A DNA stretch of 64,000 bases from Fimicolochytrium jonesii. Taxonomy: Eukaryota. This document shows, one piece after another, positions 33,862-45,565 of the stretch. The notes under the pieces are model-generated. The model searched no databases, was not told the DNA's origin, and saw only the letters and a list, made by a program, of their open reading frames with translations. The stretch's first letter is position 1. Every line of letters starts with the position of its first letter. The translations under genes were made by a program, and so were the position numbers. The stretch spans positions 1 to 64,000 of the forward strand of contig NW_026515688.1 of assembly GCF_025526975.1 (NCBI RefSeq). The letters are read 5' to 3'.

Positions 33862-36130
33862 ATGAGCAGGTGTCTCTTGGTTTCGAGACCAGCCCTGGTC
33901 CGTGCGAGCGGGATTCGGGTACGTATCGGCTGTAGGGACCGCCTTAACGAGAGGGGAGGGAGGTGTCTTTCCGTTTCTCTAAGTCTCATTCGTACTGTGT
34001 GCTTCGTGATTGTTCTTGAATGTCCTCTTTTTCAAAACCAGGCTTTGAGTTCCCGCTCTGCTCCCTCATGCGCCTGTTACTCGAGTCGCAGACTTATTGA
34101 TACACCAATCGGCATCGATTTGGGAACCACCAACTCTTGCGTTGCCGGTGAGATCACGTTTCCTCTTTCCATTTTCATCCCAGACCCCGTCATCTCACGC
34201 TTCCCCACCAGTAATGGACGGTAAAAACCCCCGTGTCGTCCCAAACGATCTCGGCTCCCTCACAACACCATCCGTCGTTGCCTTCCGCAAAGACACGGTG
34301 CTAGTCGGGTCGCCCGCTAAACGTCAAGCCGCCACAACCCCCGAAAACACTTTTGCTAGCATCAAACGGCTCCTCGGGCGTAAATTCAGCGACCTAGAGG
34401 TACACGAGCATATGAAAAATGTGCTGTACAAGGTCGTAAGACATACAAATGGGGATGCATGAGTGGAGACGACGGATGGGAGGAGATTCTCGCCGGCGCA
34501 GATTTTAGCGTTTGTGTTGATGGATTTGAAGAGAACATCGGAGAGGGCCTTAGGGGATGAGGTCAAGTCTGCCGGTAAGTATTCCTGCATCTACTGCGCT
34601 TACCGATCCCAAGCCCAAGGTCGAGTACGCCAGTTTTCAAGTTAGACTAATGTAAAGATGTTGACAGTCATCAGCGTGCCCGCCCAGTTCAACTGCGCTC
34701 AACGTGAAGCAGTCCGAAACGCCGCCCACATTGCCGGTTTGGAAGTGAAAGGCCTTCTCAACGAAACCGGTGCCGCTGCACTGGCATACAGCGAAAGTGA
34801 ACACCTACGGGGTGACATAGCCATCTACGGTCTTGGCGGCGGGACATGTGGCATCTCCGTCCTCAACCTGACCGGCGGGACTTTCGAAGTGCTGTCCACC
34901 AACGGCGATACCCATCTCGGCGGAGATGATTTCGTTACCGCGATTGTCAACCACCTTTTGAGGGAGTTTGGACAGAAGGAGGGTGTAGACCTGTCGAAAG
35001 ACCGGATGGCTCTCCAGCGCATCCGCGACGCGTCCGAGCAGGCTATGATCGAGCTGTCGGCCAGTACGCGGACGGAGATACACCTGCCGTATCTCGCAGC
35101 GTACACGACAGGCCCCAAACATATGCATGAAGTGTTGAAACGTGCCACATTCGAAGAGCTGACAAAGCCGTTGATTGAGCGTACTCTCGACCGGTGTAGG
35201 GAGGCGATGAAGGATTCGCGCATCGCCGCTAAAGATCTGCATGCCGTACTGCTCGTGGGTGCGATGACCCGCGTTCCGAAGGTGCAGCAGATGGTAAAGG
35301 ATTTGTTCGGTCGGGACCCGATTAGGGCCCCAAACATAGAAGGGGCCGTTGCGATTGGCGCCGCGCTCCACGGCGGCGTACTGTCTGGCGCGGTAGACCA
35401 AATCGACCTCAAAGACGTTACGCCCCTTTCCCTTAAAATCGGAATACCAGGCGGAGACGCCACCCGCCTCATCATCCCGCGCAATACACGCATTCCGGCC
35501 AAAAAGTCTCACTGCTTCTCAACGACCTACGACAACCAGGCCCATATCTCTATCAATGTATACCAAGACCAAGGCGAGCACGTTCTGCCAAGGCACATGA
35601 AAGCCCATAGCAAAATGACACTTGTCGACATCCAGCCAGCGTCGGAGGGTATGCCTCAGATTGCAGTTACGTTCGACATCAACGCGGACGGCATTATCAC
35701 TATTTCCGCGAGGGATTTGGCTACGGGAAGGAAGCAGCCGGTGACCATCACCACGGCGTCGGGGTTATCGGATGCTGAGATTCAGGAGATGATTGGCGAG
35801 GGGGAACGGTATGCCGAGTCCGATCAACGACGGCGGGAGGCAATTGAGGCGATGAATTATGGGAAAAGTATCGTTAATGATACGCAGCAGGCGTTTGAGG
35901 AATACCGAGACCACCTCAGTGAGGAAGACCTTGGGAAGATACAGGCGGAGATTCACGGAGTGGAAGAGCTGCTCGAGCGGGCTGCCAAAGGGGTCGGAAT
36001 TACGACTGAGGAGATTAAGGAGAAGTATAGTGAGCTGCAGAGGGCGTCGCTCGGAGTGTTTGAACTCATGTACAGAAAGAGAAGCGGTAAACAGGGAAGT
36101 AATGATGGGTCTTCGGGAGGCGGGTCTTGA
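33862..36130 (+). pseudogene. Divergent mitochondrial-type Hsp70 (SSC1/DnaK-like) with in-frame TGA
   Basis: IGIDLGTTNSCVA, TTPSVVAF, TNGDTHLGGDDF, VTFDINADGI; NGDA*VE stop at 34460-34462; several catalytic motifs altered. Confidence 0.85.
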
Positions 36131-36604
36131 TGGATTTGATCGGAAACCGTGATTCACCATGTTCTCTGCATCTTGCCGCGGCATGGCGAGAGTAAGCAAG
36201 ATTGAAGCGTAGTATTTCCAGCGTATGATTGGGAGCGAAACAAAGTGATGGCATTTGAAAGCTTTTGATGCCTTGTTCACAGTAAATCCTTCATAATTCA
36301 TTTAATACAAAAGCGGGGATGGCTATGAGACAAACTCGAAGAACTTCAACTAGTTGACAGCAAAATGGGAGATACATTGCTAGTAATAGGGCGCCGGGCC
36401 AAAGCCATATCGTACCAGGCTTTGCGTGCTTCCTGCCTCTCCTTACCCTGAATGTACACTCCCGTGCAAAGTGCCCGACCAATATGCACCTATATATTTC
36501 TCTCCTACTGCCGTATTCGCATCAGCAGCTCGGAATGAATGTGCATTGAAGCCCGAGATCGTTGCAAAGAACGACCCGTCTTGAACCGTTGCCTCCATCT
36601 CTCA

Positions 36605-37226
36605 TCATTTCCTCTTCTCAACTTCTCCAGTGACATGCGACTCGTGGCTAATCTCCTTATCGATATGCTGATGCTCAACAACCACCGTCGTCGAAGTTGC
36701 AGAGACACATGTGTAGTCGTCCGCGTCTTCTACGAGCAATTCTTCGACGCTCGTCTGTTGCAACGAGCATGGATCGGGAGGAACAGCTTTGGATCTCTCT
36801 GCTTTGATCTGTGAGGTACACGGGGACGCATGGTAAGATCCGAACACTGCATATCCATCCAACTGCAAATTGAATGAAAAACTAGCTTACTATAGCTTCA
36901 GACTCGGAGGCCAGCAATTCGTCCCAGAAGGGTGCGTCCGGCAGGCGGCTACGCGTTCGACCTGAGACATGGGCCATGAAGGTCGTACGGAATCCAAGAG
37001 AAGCCCGTACTACATCCCACCGCCACTTACGTGCCAAACTCTTCTTCTTTTCACGTTCTATGATATCGGGATCGTTGTCAGACATTTCCGAACCGAAATT
37101 CCATCGTCGCGGAATAAGAGATGCTTTCGGACCACTTGTGGCGATGATGAGCGGCGAAACTGTTGGGAAGTGCGAGCCCCTGCAGCGGAGAGTGGCTCGG
37201 AGCTGATAAGTTACCAGGTAGAGCAT
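36605..37226 (-). CDS. Small fungal-type protein with putative mitochondrial presequence, multi-exon
   Basis: DNDPDIIEREKKK...APFWDELLASESEAIVKAER resembles, from memory, a fungal hypothetical family; GT-AG introns present. Confidence 0.55.
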
Positions 37227-37549
37227 TGCGTGCCGAATCTCGAGCGATTTGGGTTACGATCTATGTGGGGTCAAGCGGAAGGGGATGAGGGGAAGGTTGG
37301 CAATAATCGGATGTTACGTCCGCATTGACAGTATTTTGACAGCGCGCAGCCGGCCGTTTCCGACCCCACCCCCAAGACGAAAGTGGCGAATTCCACTCGG
37401 TACATGAAAGACTTCTAAATTGTCCAAATCGAGATGAGGACTAGAGAATTTCATGAGAGAATTTGAATCACATATTCACATGGCTCCAAAAATATATATA
37501 CGACGATATCAGGTCCACAAAAAATGCGACGACCTTGATTTTCCCGGCA

Positions 37550-37840
37550 GTCGCTTATCACTTCGGCGGATATCTTGCCTTCTGAAGCCAAGATGGAGGT
37601 AAGATGACTGTACCCAGAAATGTCGACGAGCATCGTCGCGACGTCTTGCAATTCCTCTCCAGGCCAGTGGACGTCATCGACCCCGCTCAGTGTGGCCTCC
37701 ACCCGCTGCACGACATGGCGCGGGAGTAGATTGGTGAAGGTGATCATTTGCGCGGATGCTGCATCGCTTTCGGATGCTCGTGGGGGAAGTCCGAAGAAGA
37801 GAAGGAGGGTTTGTCCCTTATCATCGACTGAAAAGAGTTC
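37550..37840 (-). pseudogene. Soluble adenylyl cyclase (ADCY10-like) fragment
   Basis: In one frame: FSVDDKGQTLLLFFGLPP followed by LLPRHVV...TMLVDISGYSHLTS; truncated on both sides. Confidence 0.6.
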
Positions 37841-38178
37841 GCGACTCCAAACGGCCGCTGGACAAGCTTGTAAGCTGTGGAGGCTCTCCCGCTGCTTTCT
37901 ATGCCCATGGCAACCTGTTTGCGTCTTTGAGGGGCTACCTGCCGGGTTATCTGTCCCCCTTTCCGTTGCGGTGGGTCCAGATTCGTTACGCGTGTTCCTT
38001 CACAAAAGGTTAACCTTGACACACAAGAACAGGGCTTGCCCCTCGGAGCTCCTGGGAGTCCTGGGAGTACGAGCAGTGAACAGGGATGTGTAGCTGCCTT
38101 CATTGCAAGAGTGACCTGCGCAGACTGCGGTCCTATATACATTGCATTGTGCCTAAAAGTACGACTATATATGGGAAC

Positions 38179-39264
38179 TCAATCGATGGTGACGATGATC
38201 TTCCCCTTCGTCTTGTTGCTCTCCATCAGTTTATGAGCCTCTACAATCTCCTCAAACTTGAACACCTTCTCGACAAAGATCTTCAAGCTCTTATCCTGAA
38301 ACTTGGGCAAGGCGTGCTCTACGAGCTGATCCCTCAGCTTCCCCTGGTACTTCTCGTCCCGACTCCTCAGCGTAGATCCCTCAACGCGGACCCTCTTCTG
38401 AACGAACGCGCTGATGTCCAGATCTTTGACTTTCGTGCCGCTCATTGCAGCCAGGCAGACGATCTTTCCGTCCTGGGCGGCGGCCTTCAGGTTGCTCTGG
38501 AGGTAGTCGGCACCGACAAAATCGACGATGATGTCGACGCCCTTTCCGTCGGTGGCTTTGAGCACCTCATCAGCCCAGTCACTCTTGCTAGTATTGAACG
38601 CAGCAGTTGCGCCAAGCTCCTTGACGCAAAAGTCGCATTTCTCGTCCTGACGTGCTGTGGCAAAGACGGCGGAGGCGTTGTCCACGCGCGCGAGTTGAAT
38701 GCCCGCAATGCTGACAGAGGACGCGCCGGCGTGCCACAGGATGCTCTTGCCGGGTTGGTACTCGCCAACGAGGTACATCGCTTGCAGCGCGGTGATCCAA
38801 GTCTCAGGCACACCAGCGGCCTCCTCCCAGCTCAGCTCCTTCGGTTTGTGCACAAGCATACGCGTGGACACGTTGATGTACTCGGCGTAAGCGCCGCCGT
38901 ACGCCAGACCGAAGACTTCGTCTCCCACTTTGAATCCCTCCGGTTTGTCGCCGACGCTCTCGATCACGCCGGAAAACTCCACGCCGAGGATTTTGGGTGC
39001 CTGTTTTGGGACTGGGTACTTTCCCTCTCGCTGCATCAGGTCCATGCGGTTGAGGCCGAATGCTTTGACTTTCACCAGTGCTTGCGCGCCAGTAGGGGAC
39101 GGTTTCGGGATGTCTGTAGCGATGAACAGCGCATCGGCTGGGCCAGAGCCACCTTTGATATCTGAAATGCGAAGTTGCTCAGCGTCAGGAATCCCTTCCA
39201 CGCTAGATGTGGACCTGGCCCCTAGACACGTAGGCCTACCAACTGCACGCATTGTGGCCGTCAT
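38179..39264 (-). CDS. NADPH:quinone oxidoreductase (PIG3/zeta-crystallin MDR family)
   Basis: VKAFGLNRMDLMQREGKYP, YGGAYAEY, HAGASSV and GSTLRSR motifs; intron 39162-39239. Confidence 0.93.
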   Translation of the reverse strand: MTATMRAVGRPTCLGARSTSSVEGIPDAEQLRISDIKGGSGPADALFIATDIPKPSPTGAQALVKVKAFGLNRMDLMQREGKYPVPKQAPKILGVEFSGVIESVGDKPEGFKVGDEVFGLAYGGAYAEYINVSTRMLVHKPKELSWEEAAGVPETWITALQAMYLVGEYQPGKSILWHAGASSVSIAGIQLARVDNASAVFATARQDEKCDFCVKELGATAAFNTSKSDWADEVLKATDGKGVDIIVDFVGADYLQSNLKAAAQDGKIVCLAAMSGTKVKDLDISAFVQKRVRVEGSTLRSRDEKYQGKLRDQLVEHALPKFQDKSLKIFVEKVFKFEEIVEAHKLMESNKTKGKIIVTID

Positions 39265-40507
39265 TTCTATTGATCTTTTCGACTTTGGGACGATGTGGTG
39301 GGTTCTCCTAGAGGCATGGAGAAATGGAATGAACGAACGCGTCAAAAGCAGCCAGTAAACTACCACAAACTCACTTACGGTGTTGAGCTCCTAAAAGTTG
39401 AACTGCTGTCTGAATGGTCTGCTGTACTTTGCTTGTCGGTCCTGCTGGACAGATATTATTGAAGGCGATCGTGCCGTGCTCCATTCGCCGATCCTTTTAT
39501 GCATTTCGTTGACGTTGACGTTGAGGTGACGCGAGCGGACGGGCGGCTTTTCCGGGGGCCCGCCGTGTGTGTGTGTGTCCATTCCGCCTGTCGAAGTCTC
39601 GAAGGGGTCTCGAAGACTTGAGGTCTCGGCCAGCCACATACAGTATGTGCTGTACGGAGCTGCAGCTGAAGTTCTTACCTCTGAAGCAAGTCATTAAGCT
39701 GTCGACGCAATCATCATCGTTTCGGGTTGTCCTGTGCAATGTGCTCCTGCTTTCCAGAGGCGTCAAACTCCAAGCGGCATTCCGACATCTCGGTTTGCGG
39801 AACGCCCCGGACTCCGTGGTTCTGGGTGCCGGTAAGTGCTGCGCCGCACAAGCCACGTTTGGCCTTACGTACGTATATAACTCCGACTGGGGCCAAGTTT
39901 ATATGCGCTCTCGTGCCTATGCCTTCTGATGTGCCGGAGGACCTCACGCCTTACGCTGGGCTGCGGGACGGAGAAGATCGAGAGATTTAGCAGGCTGCAT
40001 TCTGTCCAAGCGTAAAGTTCTCTGCGCTGAAAGTCACAAGCGAGGATATGACAACTCGGAGAAGAAATGACAGCGAATCGAAATTTCCGCCGCGATTTGC
40101 TTAAGCTTCTTTGACGTAGGATTCCAAAAACAATAAGTGCCAAAAATCTTGTAAAGCAAATGTCGCACGTAGGTTGCGGCAGTACAATGCTCCCCAAAAT
40201 AGATCTTCTGAAGAACTCATGCCCGAAAGCCCTAGTACCGGCCGAGCTTGAAGAGGATGAACTTGAGAATCTTGTCCATATTGTGAAAGAGACGGACCGG
40301 GCTACTTCAAGAGCAAGACATAGATTGGATCGTCTGCCCAAGATCGTGGGAAAAGCTATTCCTTTTTGACGTCGTCTCGTTTGCTGAACTGTGATACCAT
40401 CACCAGCCGGGCTTTGGTGTCGACATTTAAGGAGGCTCACGGGAAGCAGCATATACCACGGATTACAACATCATCTGTAAAGAAATACCAGAACGCACTC
40501 CACGACC

Positions 40508-42794
40508 ATGCTCGCTCGCAAGAAAGTCCTGGGAGACTACCAAGTCGGCAAGACAATCGGCCAAGGCGCATTCTCCAAAGTCAAAATCGGCGTGCACAAA
40601 GAAACAGGCCAAAAAGTAGCCATCAAAATCATCGACAAGAAGCAGGTGGCCGCTAAGGCCGAAAAGGCCAAAAAGACGCAGGAGGATCGAGAGAAGAAGG
40701 ATCAGCAGAAACAGCGCCCGTCAACGCAATCCCCACATGCGCAACGACGGCCGTCGCAGGCTGCCGACACCGCTGCGCCGTCCGCCCCGCAATCGGCGCG
40801 GCCGAGCGTGCCTTCCTCGGTCAAGGGGGATAGCGCTTCGTCGACGGAGAGAAAGACCCCTGTTGCACTGTTTGATGCGGCGCCGGGTGCACCTGTGCCG
40901 TCATTTGTGTCGCAGTTGCAATTGGAGGTGCAGCTGTTGATGAGATTGGATCATCCGAATGTGATTCGGCTTTATCAGGTTATGGAGACGGAGGATGAGT
41001 GCTTCGTCGTGATGTAAGTGCATATGCTGCTGTATGGCATTTCAACATGATCAATAAAGGCTAACTCTTGATGCTCTCCATTGATTTAGGGAATACGCGC
41101 AAGGTGGCGAATTGATCGAGTACATTGCGGCCCGCGGACACCTCAACGAAAAAGAAGCCCGACGCTATTTCCGCCAGATCGTCTCAGCAATGGACCACTG
41201 CCACATGGCCAACGTCGTGCACCGCGATCTCAAACTCGAAAATCTCCTCATGAACGGCGAGCGGAATATCCTTATCTCCGATTTCGGCCTAGGGCGAACG
41301 TACCGATCCGATCAAGAGGAGCTGCTGAAGACGTTCTGTGGGACCCCGAACTATGCCGCGGTGGAATTGATCTCCGGTATCCCGTACATAGGCGTCAAGT
41401 CCGACATCTGGGCAATGGGGGTCGTTCTGTTTGTGATGATGACCGGCCGGCCGCCGTTTTCGGGGGATAGCATTTCTGCCCTTTACAACAAGATCAAAGC
41501 CGTGGACTACCAGTGTCCCGAGTATTTCTCGCAGGGGCTGTGCGCTCTGCTGGCTAAGATCCTCGTCAAAGACCCCAAACAGCGCATTGAGATGAGCGCG
41601 ATGCGAGAGGATCCATGGCTGAACTACGAGGAGATCGAGCGACCTCTGAGGGTCGTGCCGAAAGTCACCGGGAGCTCGGACGCCAGTCAGATTGGACAGT
41701 TCATCACGGGCATTACGTACGACCAGCACTTTGTGATCTACACGTTCAGGAAACATGTCCATGCAAAAGGCGCCGCTCACGAGCTGGTCAGTTCGGCGGC
41801 GGCGGCGGCGGTGGCGCATATTTCGCCTACGCAGAAGAACGATTTGAAGAGGAGGAAGAGTTTGACAGTTGCGTCGGCGGGGTTGCCCGGACAGCCTACG
41901 TCGCCGCACAACCACGCACCTCCCGCATTGGGAGGCACGTTGGAAGAAGATGACAGTGGGGATAAAGTGACGGAGCTCCCCAACGACAGTCCCACGTCCG
42001 GCCCGCAACAGCGCATGCGAACGGCCACCGCCCCGCTCCCTACACGGATCGGCAGACGCATGTCCCTCGACTCCAACGGGAGGACGCCGACGGGCCCTGT
42101 AGATTCAAGCGGCGCCGCGGACGGAAAACCCAACCTGAACAACAACCGCCGCCGATCCATCTCCGCGACGCCCAACTCCAGCACCGGACGCGGCGGCCAA
42201 CGCGGCCTGCCACCCTCCCGCGAAGCCAACGTCGTGCGGCGCATGTCGATGGTCAGCCCCATGGTCTCCCCCACAAAAGCCGCAGACGCATCAGCAGCGA
42301 GTCCAGTAGCCGACGACCCGGACCCCGAATTCTTCGACGAGGCCGAACCCCGCCCCTCGCTCTTCGGCAACGCCGATCTAGACGACGATGATGACGACGC
42401 GACCGCCGTGCAGCCGTCCCAGAAGGAGATCGAGACCTGGCACTCCCTCCACCGCCCGCCCAAGACCATCCGCACCGTTCGTTTCGCCGTGCAGTCCGCC
42501 ACAACCTCCTCCTCCCCCCCGTCGAGCATGTTCCAGCAGGTGCACCAAGCGCTTGCTGAACTCGCGCGACACCACGACAACCGTCTGGCGTACAAGCGCG
42601 TGGAGGATTACTACATGTTCACGTGCCAGCTGATAGAGGCGGACCCGGACAATAATGTGGAGTTTGAGATTGAGATTTGTAAGGTGTGGCTGTTGAAGGT
42701 GCATGGGGTTCGGATCAAGCGGCTGTCGGGAAGCCCGTTCATATTCAAGGAGGTTTATGCGGAGTTGGTAGCCTCGTTAGAGTTGTCGATTTAG
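40508..42794 (+). CDS. CAMK-group MARK/PAR-1/KIN1-like Ser/Thr kinase with C-terminal KA1-like domain
   Basis: GQGAFSKV, VAIK, HRDLKLEN, DFG, TFCGTPNYAAVE; C-terminal FEIEICKV..GVRIKRLSGS; intron 41014-41089. Confidence 0.92.
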
Positions 42795-43108
42795 GATAGA
42801 TGGATAATGCCCGTAGTAACATAATCATCACAGTGGTCAGTCTCTTGAGATGCCGTCCTCTTTCCTGCCCAATCAGTTTGGTGTTGCAGAGGAACTTTTG
42901 CGCCGTGTGGAGCGTCACGAGAATAGGAAGCGGTCCATTCTAGCTGTCCCATACTATCGACTCAACTACAACACAATCGTTTCACTCTATGTATATTCAT
43001 CATGCCGGTCCAAACAAATAGTAGGCTTTTAGTTACACCAGATTGGGCCAACACGCAAGGTAATCATGTTTCTTCTCCCCCGTCCCACTCAATTGGCGCT
43101 TCTATGTC

Positions 43109-45565
43109 CTACGCAAATGACAACTTCCCCTTAACGCTCTTCAACACCGTCTCACTGCCCTGATCCTCGCCCCTGGACGAAACAATCCCGCGCTCCACCG
43201 GCGCTACTTTCCCCCCACTCCTTGCCGTTCCACCCCCACCGGCGGCACACCCGCATCCAAACACCCTCCGCCACCACGGGACTTTGTCTGTCCCAGTCGA
43301 GACATTAACGCCCGAAGTATGAGCCATAGTCCATGCATCGGTGCCCCCGGACGCCATACCTGTGGTACTTGCGCGTCCGCCTAGTTGGGATGCCGCCCCG
43401 CATTTGCATTGGGAGAGCGCGGCACGCAGCTCGCGGATCTCGGCTTCGAGCATCATGATGCGCATCATGGTGGCGTCGACGTTGACTTTGGCGGCGTTTT
43501 TGACTTTCTTGACCCGTTCGGCGAAGCGGAGGGTCGAGAGGGACTAGTGAGGGATGGCAAAGAGAGAACATTATGGACTGCATGGGCTAGTTGGGTGACA
43601 TGACCCCAGTTCCGTACCTCATCGTAGTTGACGAGCGTCGGGGTGACACATGTGATCATGAGCGTCAACGAATTTCCACCCAAACTTTTGCACGAAACAA
43701 GTCAATGCGTTTCACAATCCCGCGCCAGACCTCCTCGGAAAAAAAAACTCGTACGACTCCCCCACCCACCTATCACTCAACAAATAAGTCAGCTTCGAAT
43801 CCCGATACGGCACATGCTTTATAAGATGTTACGGCGTCGTTAATGTTAGAAATCTGGGTTTTGGGACCCAGCGATGGTGAAAACCCGATGATCCACCCTA
43901 GGTGATTTGCTCACTGACCTTCGTACTGGTCGTCAACGCATTGATGACGTTCCCCAAACAGCTCAAGCTCTGATTGATCGCCGAGCCTTCCTTCAATCTA
44001 TCCCCCGTCGCCCCCGTCGCGTTCGCTCGCTCGGACCCGGCGAGGTCGATCAGGTGGATCTTGGAGCGCTTTTTGCCGTGCTTGGCGAGCATGGCGGCTT
44101 CTTCGGAGGACATGCCCGCGTGGGTTTTGCGGCGTTCTTCGATGATTATTGTTAGGACGGCGTGCGAGCGGGATGAGACCTGCATGCATGTGATGCGTGG
44201 GTGAGTGCCAATGGATCGGGCGGCTCTGCGGGTCTAGCCAACTGGAAACCGTAACCGAGAGGCACTCTGATCCTCACCTCATTCATATTCGTCTCCCCAA
44301 CCGTCCGATGCCGCCCCCCAATCTGCATCACTTTACTAAACTCCTGCACAGAGGTCACCGACCGCTCCGTGATCCCCGATATATACAGATCCCGCCCCGT
44401 CGTCGATTCCGGGTCCTGTCGGATCTTCAGGTCGCCTGCACAAACCAAGCATACAGTCAGGCCCTCCATCGGATGTTCCGCTCAGAATCGGTCGGGCGCT
44501 ACCGACCCTGCTCGTCCCTCCCGACCAACAAATCCGTCAACCCCTCCTGGTAGATCTCCAAATAGCTAGCCTTGATGAAGTACTCCAGCTCCGCTTTTTC
44601 CTTATCCTTCGATTTGGCGGCGTCCGCGACGTGCTGCATGATCTGGGACGCTACGCGCATGATGATGCCCGTGTCGGCGTCGGACGGGTCGGTGGGCGGT
44701 TCTAGGGAGGGGCCTTTTTTGGGGCCCTCCATTGTGTAGGTTTTGCCACTGGGTGGGAAGGAAGAGTTGGGCTCTTTGAGTAAACGGAGCCTAGGGGATG
44801 TCTGGGCACGGGTTTCCAATTACTACGATCACAACTCCTTCGGCGAGGACCTCCATCATCCCTCACCTGGCTGTTTGACCCTGAGAACATGCAACCGAGT
44901 TAGCTACCACCATTTGCCGCACGGGGGGTATGCACTCTTCGAACTCACATAGCAAAACACACACCCATTGTACCCCTCCAAACATTTCCGAATCAGCGGC
45001 TAACACGAACCCAGACAGTTCATCAACAAAAGTCGCAGAAGCATAAACAAGCACGGCCGTAACGCATCTCCTCTTCAATGAGGGTATCTCACCTCAACAA
45101 CCTTCTCATACACCACCCCCTGCCCCTCCTCGTACCCCAACACCGAATCAAAATTAAACTTCTTCGGGTCCGTCTTATTCGCTCCCCCCGCGGGCGTCGG
45201 ACTCGTCACCGCCGACGCGCCCCGGGATGGCGATGTCGGGGACATTGCTGATGCTGGGGAGGCGGGCGCTTTGGAAGGCCATTGGATCGCGACGGTGGAG
45301 GGCGTGTAGGTGATGCAGGAGGCGGTTGGGTCGTAGGTGAGGTTTGTGGCGAATTTTTGCGGGGATTTGCGGTCGATTGTTGGCGGGCGGACTGGGTGAG
45401 GGGGTAAGTATATGAATCTCTTGTGGGGTGAGGTTTGGTTTGGTGGGACTTACTGCGAACGGCGACGAGCACCCGCTGCGAGGTGGGACTGGCCATGGAG
45501 GAGATGGCAGCAATGGCGGCAGCGTCTTTTTGGTTCTGTTCGGTTAGTTGTTTGGAATTCGCCAT
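43109..45565 (-). CDS. Kinesin motor protein with short tail, multi-exon
   Basis: [38 protein letters not shown] and [10 protein letters not shown] motifs. Confidence 0.92.

Noticed and set aside
34805..35512. Long antisense ORFs opposite Hsp70
   Set aside because: Shadow ORFs caused by codon bias.
38086..39165. 359-aa plus-strand ORF
   Set aside because: Antisense shadow of the quinone oxidoreductase, with no motifs of its own.
41289..42704. Long minus-strand ORFs
   Set aside because: Antisense to the kinase in GC-rich sequence.
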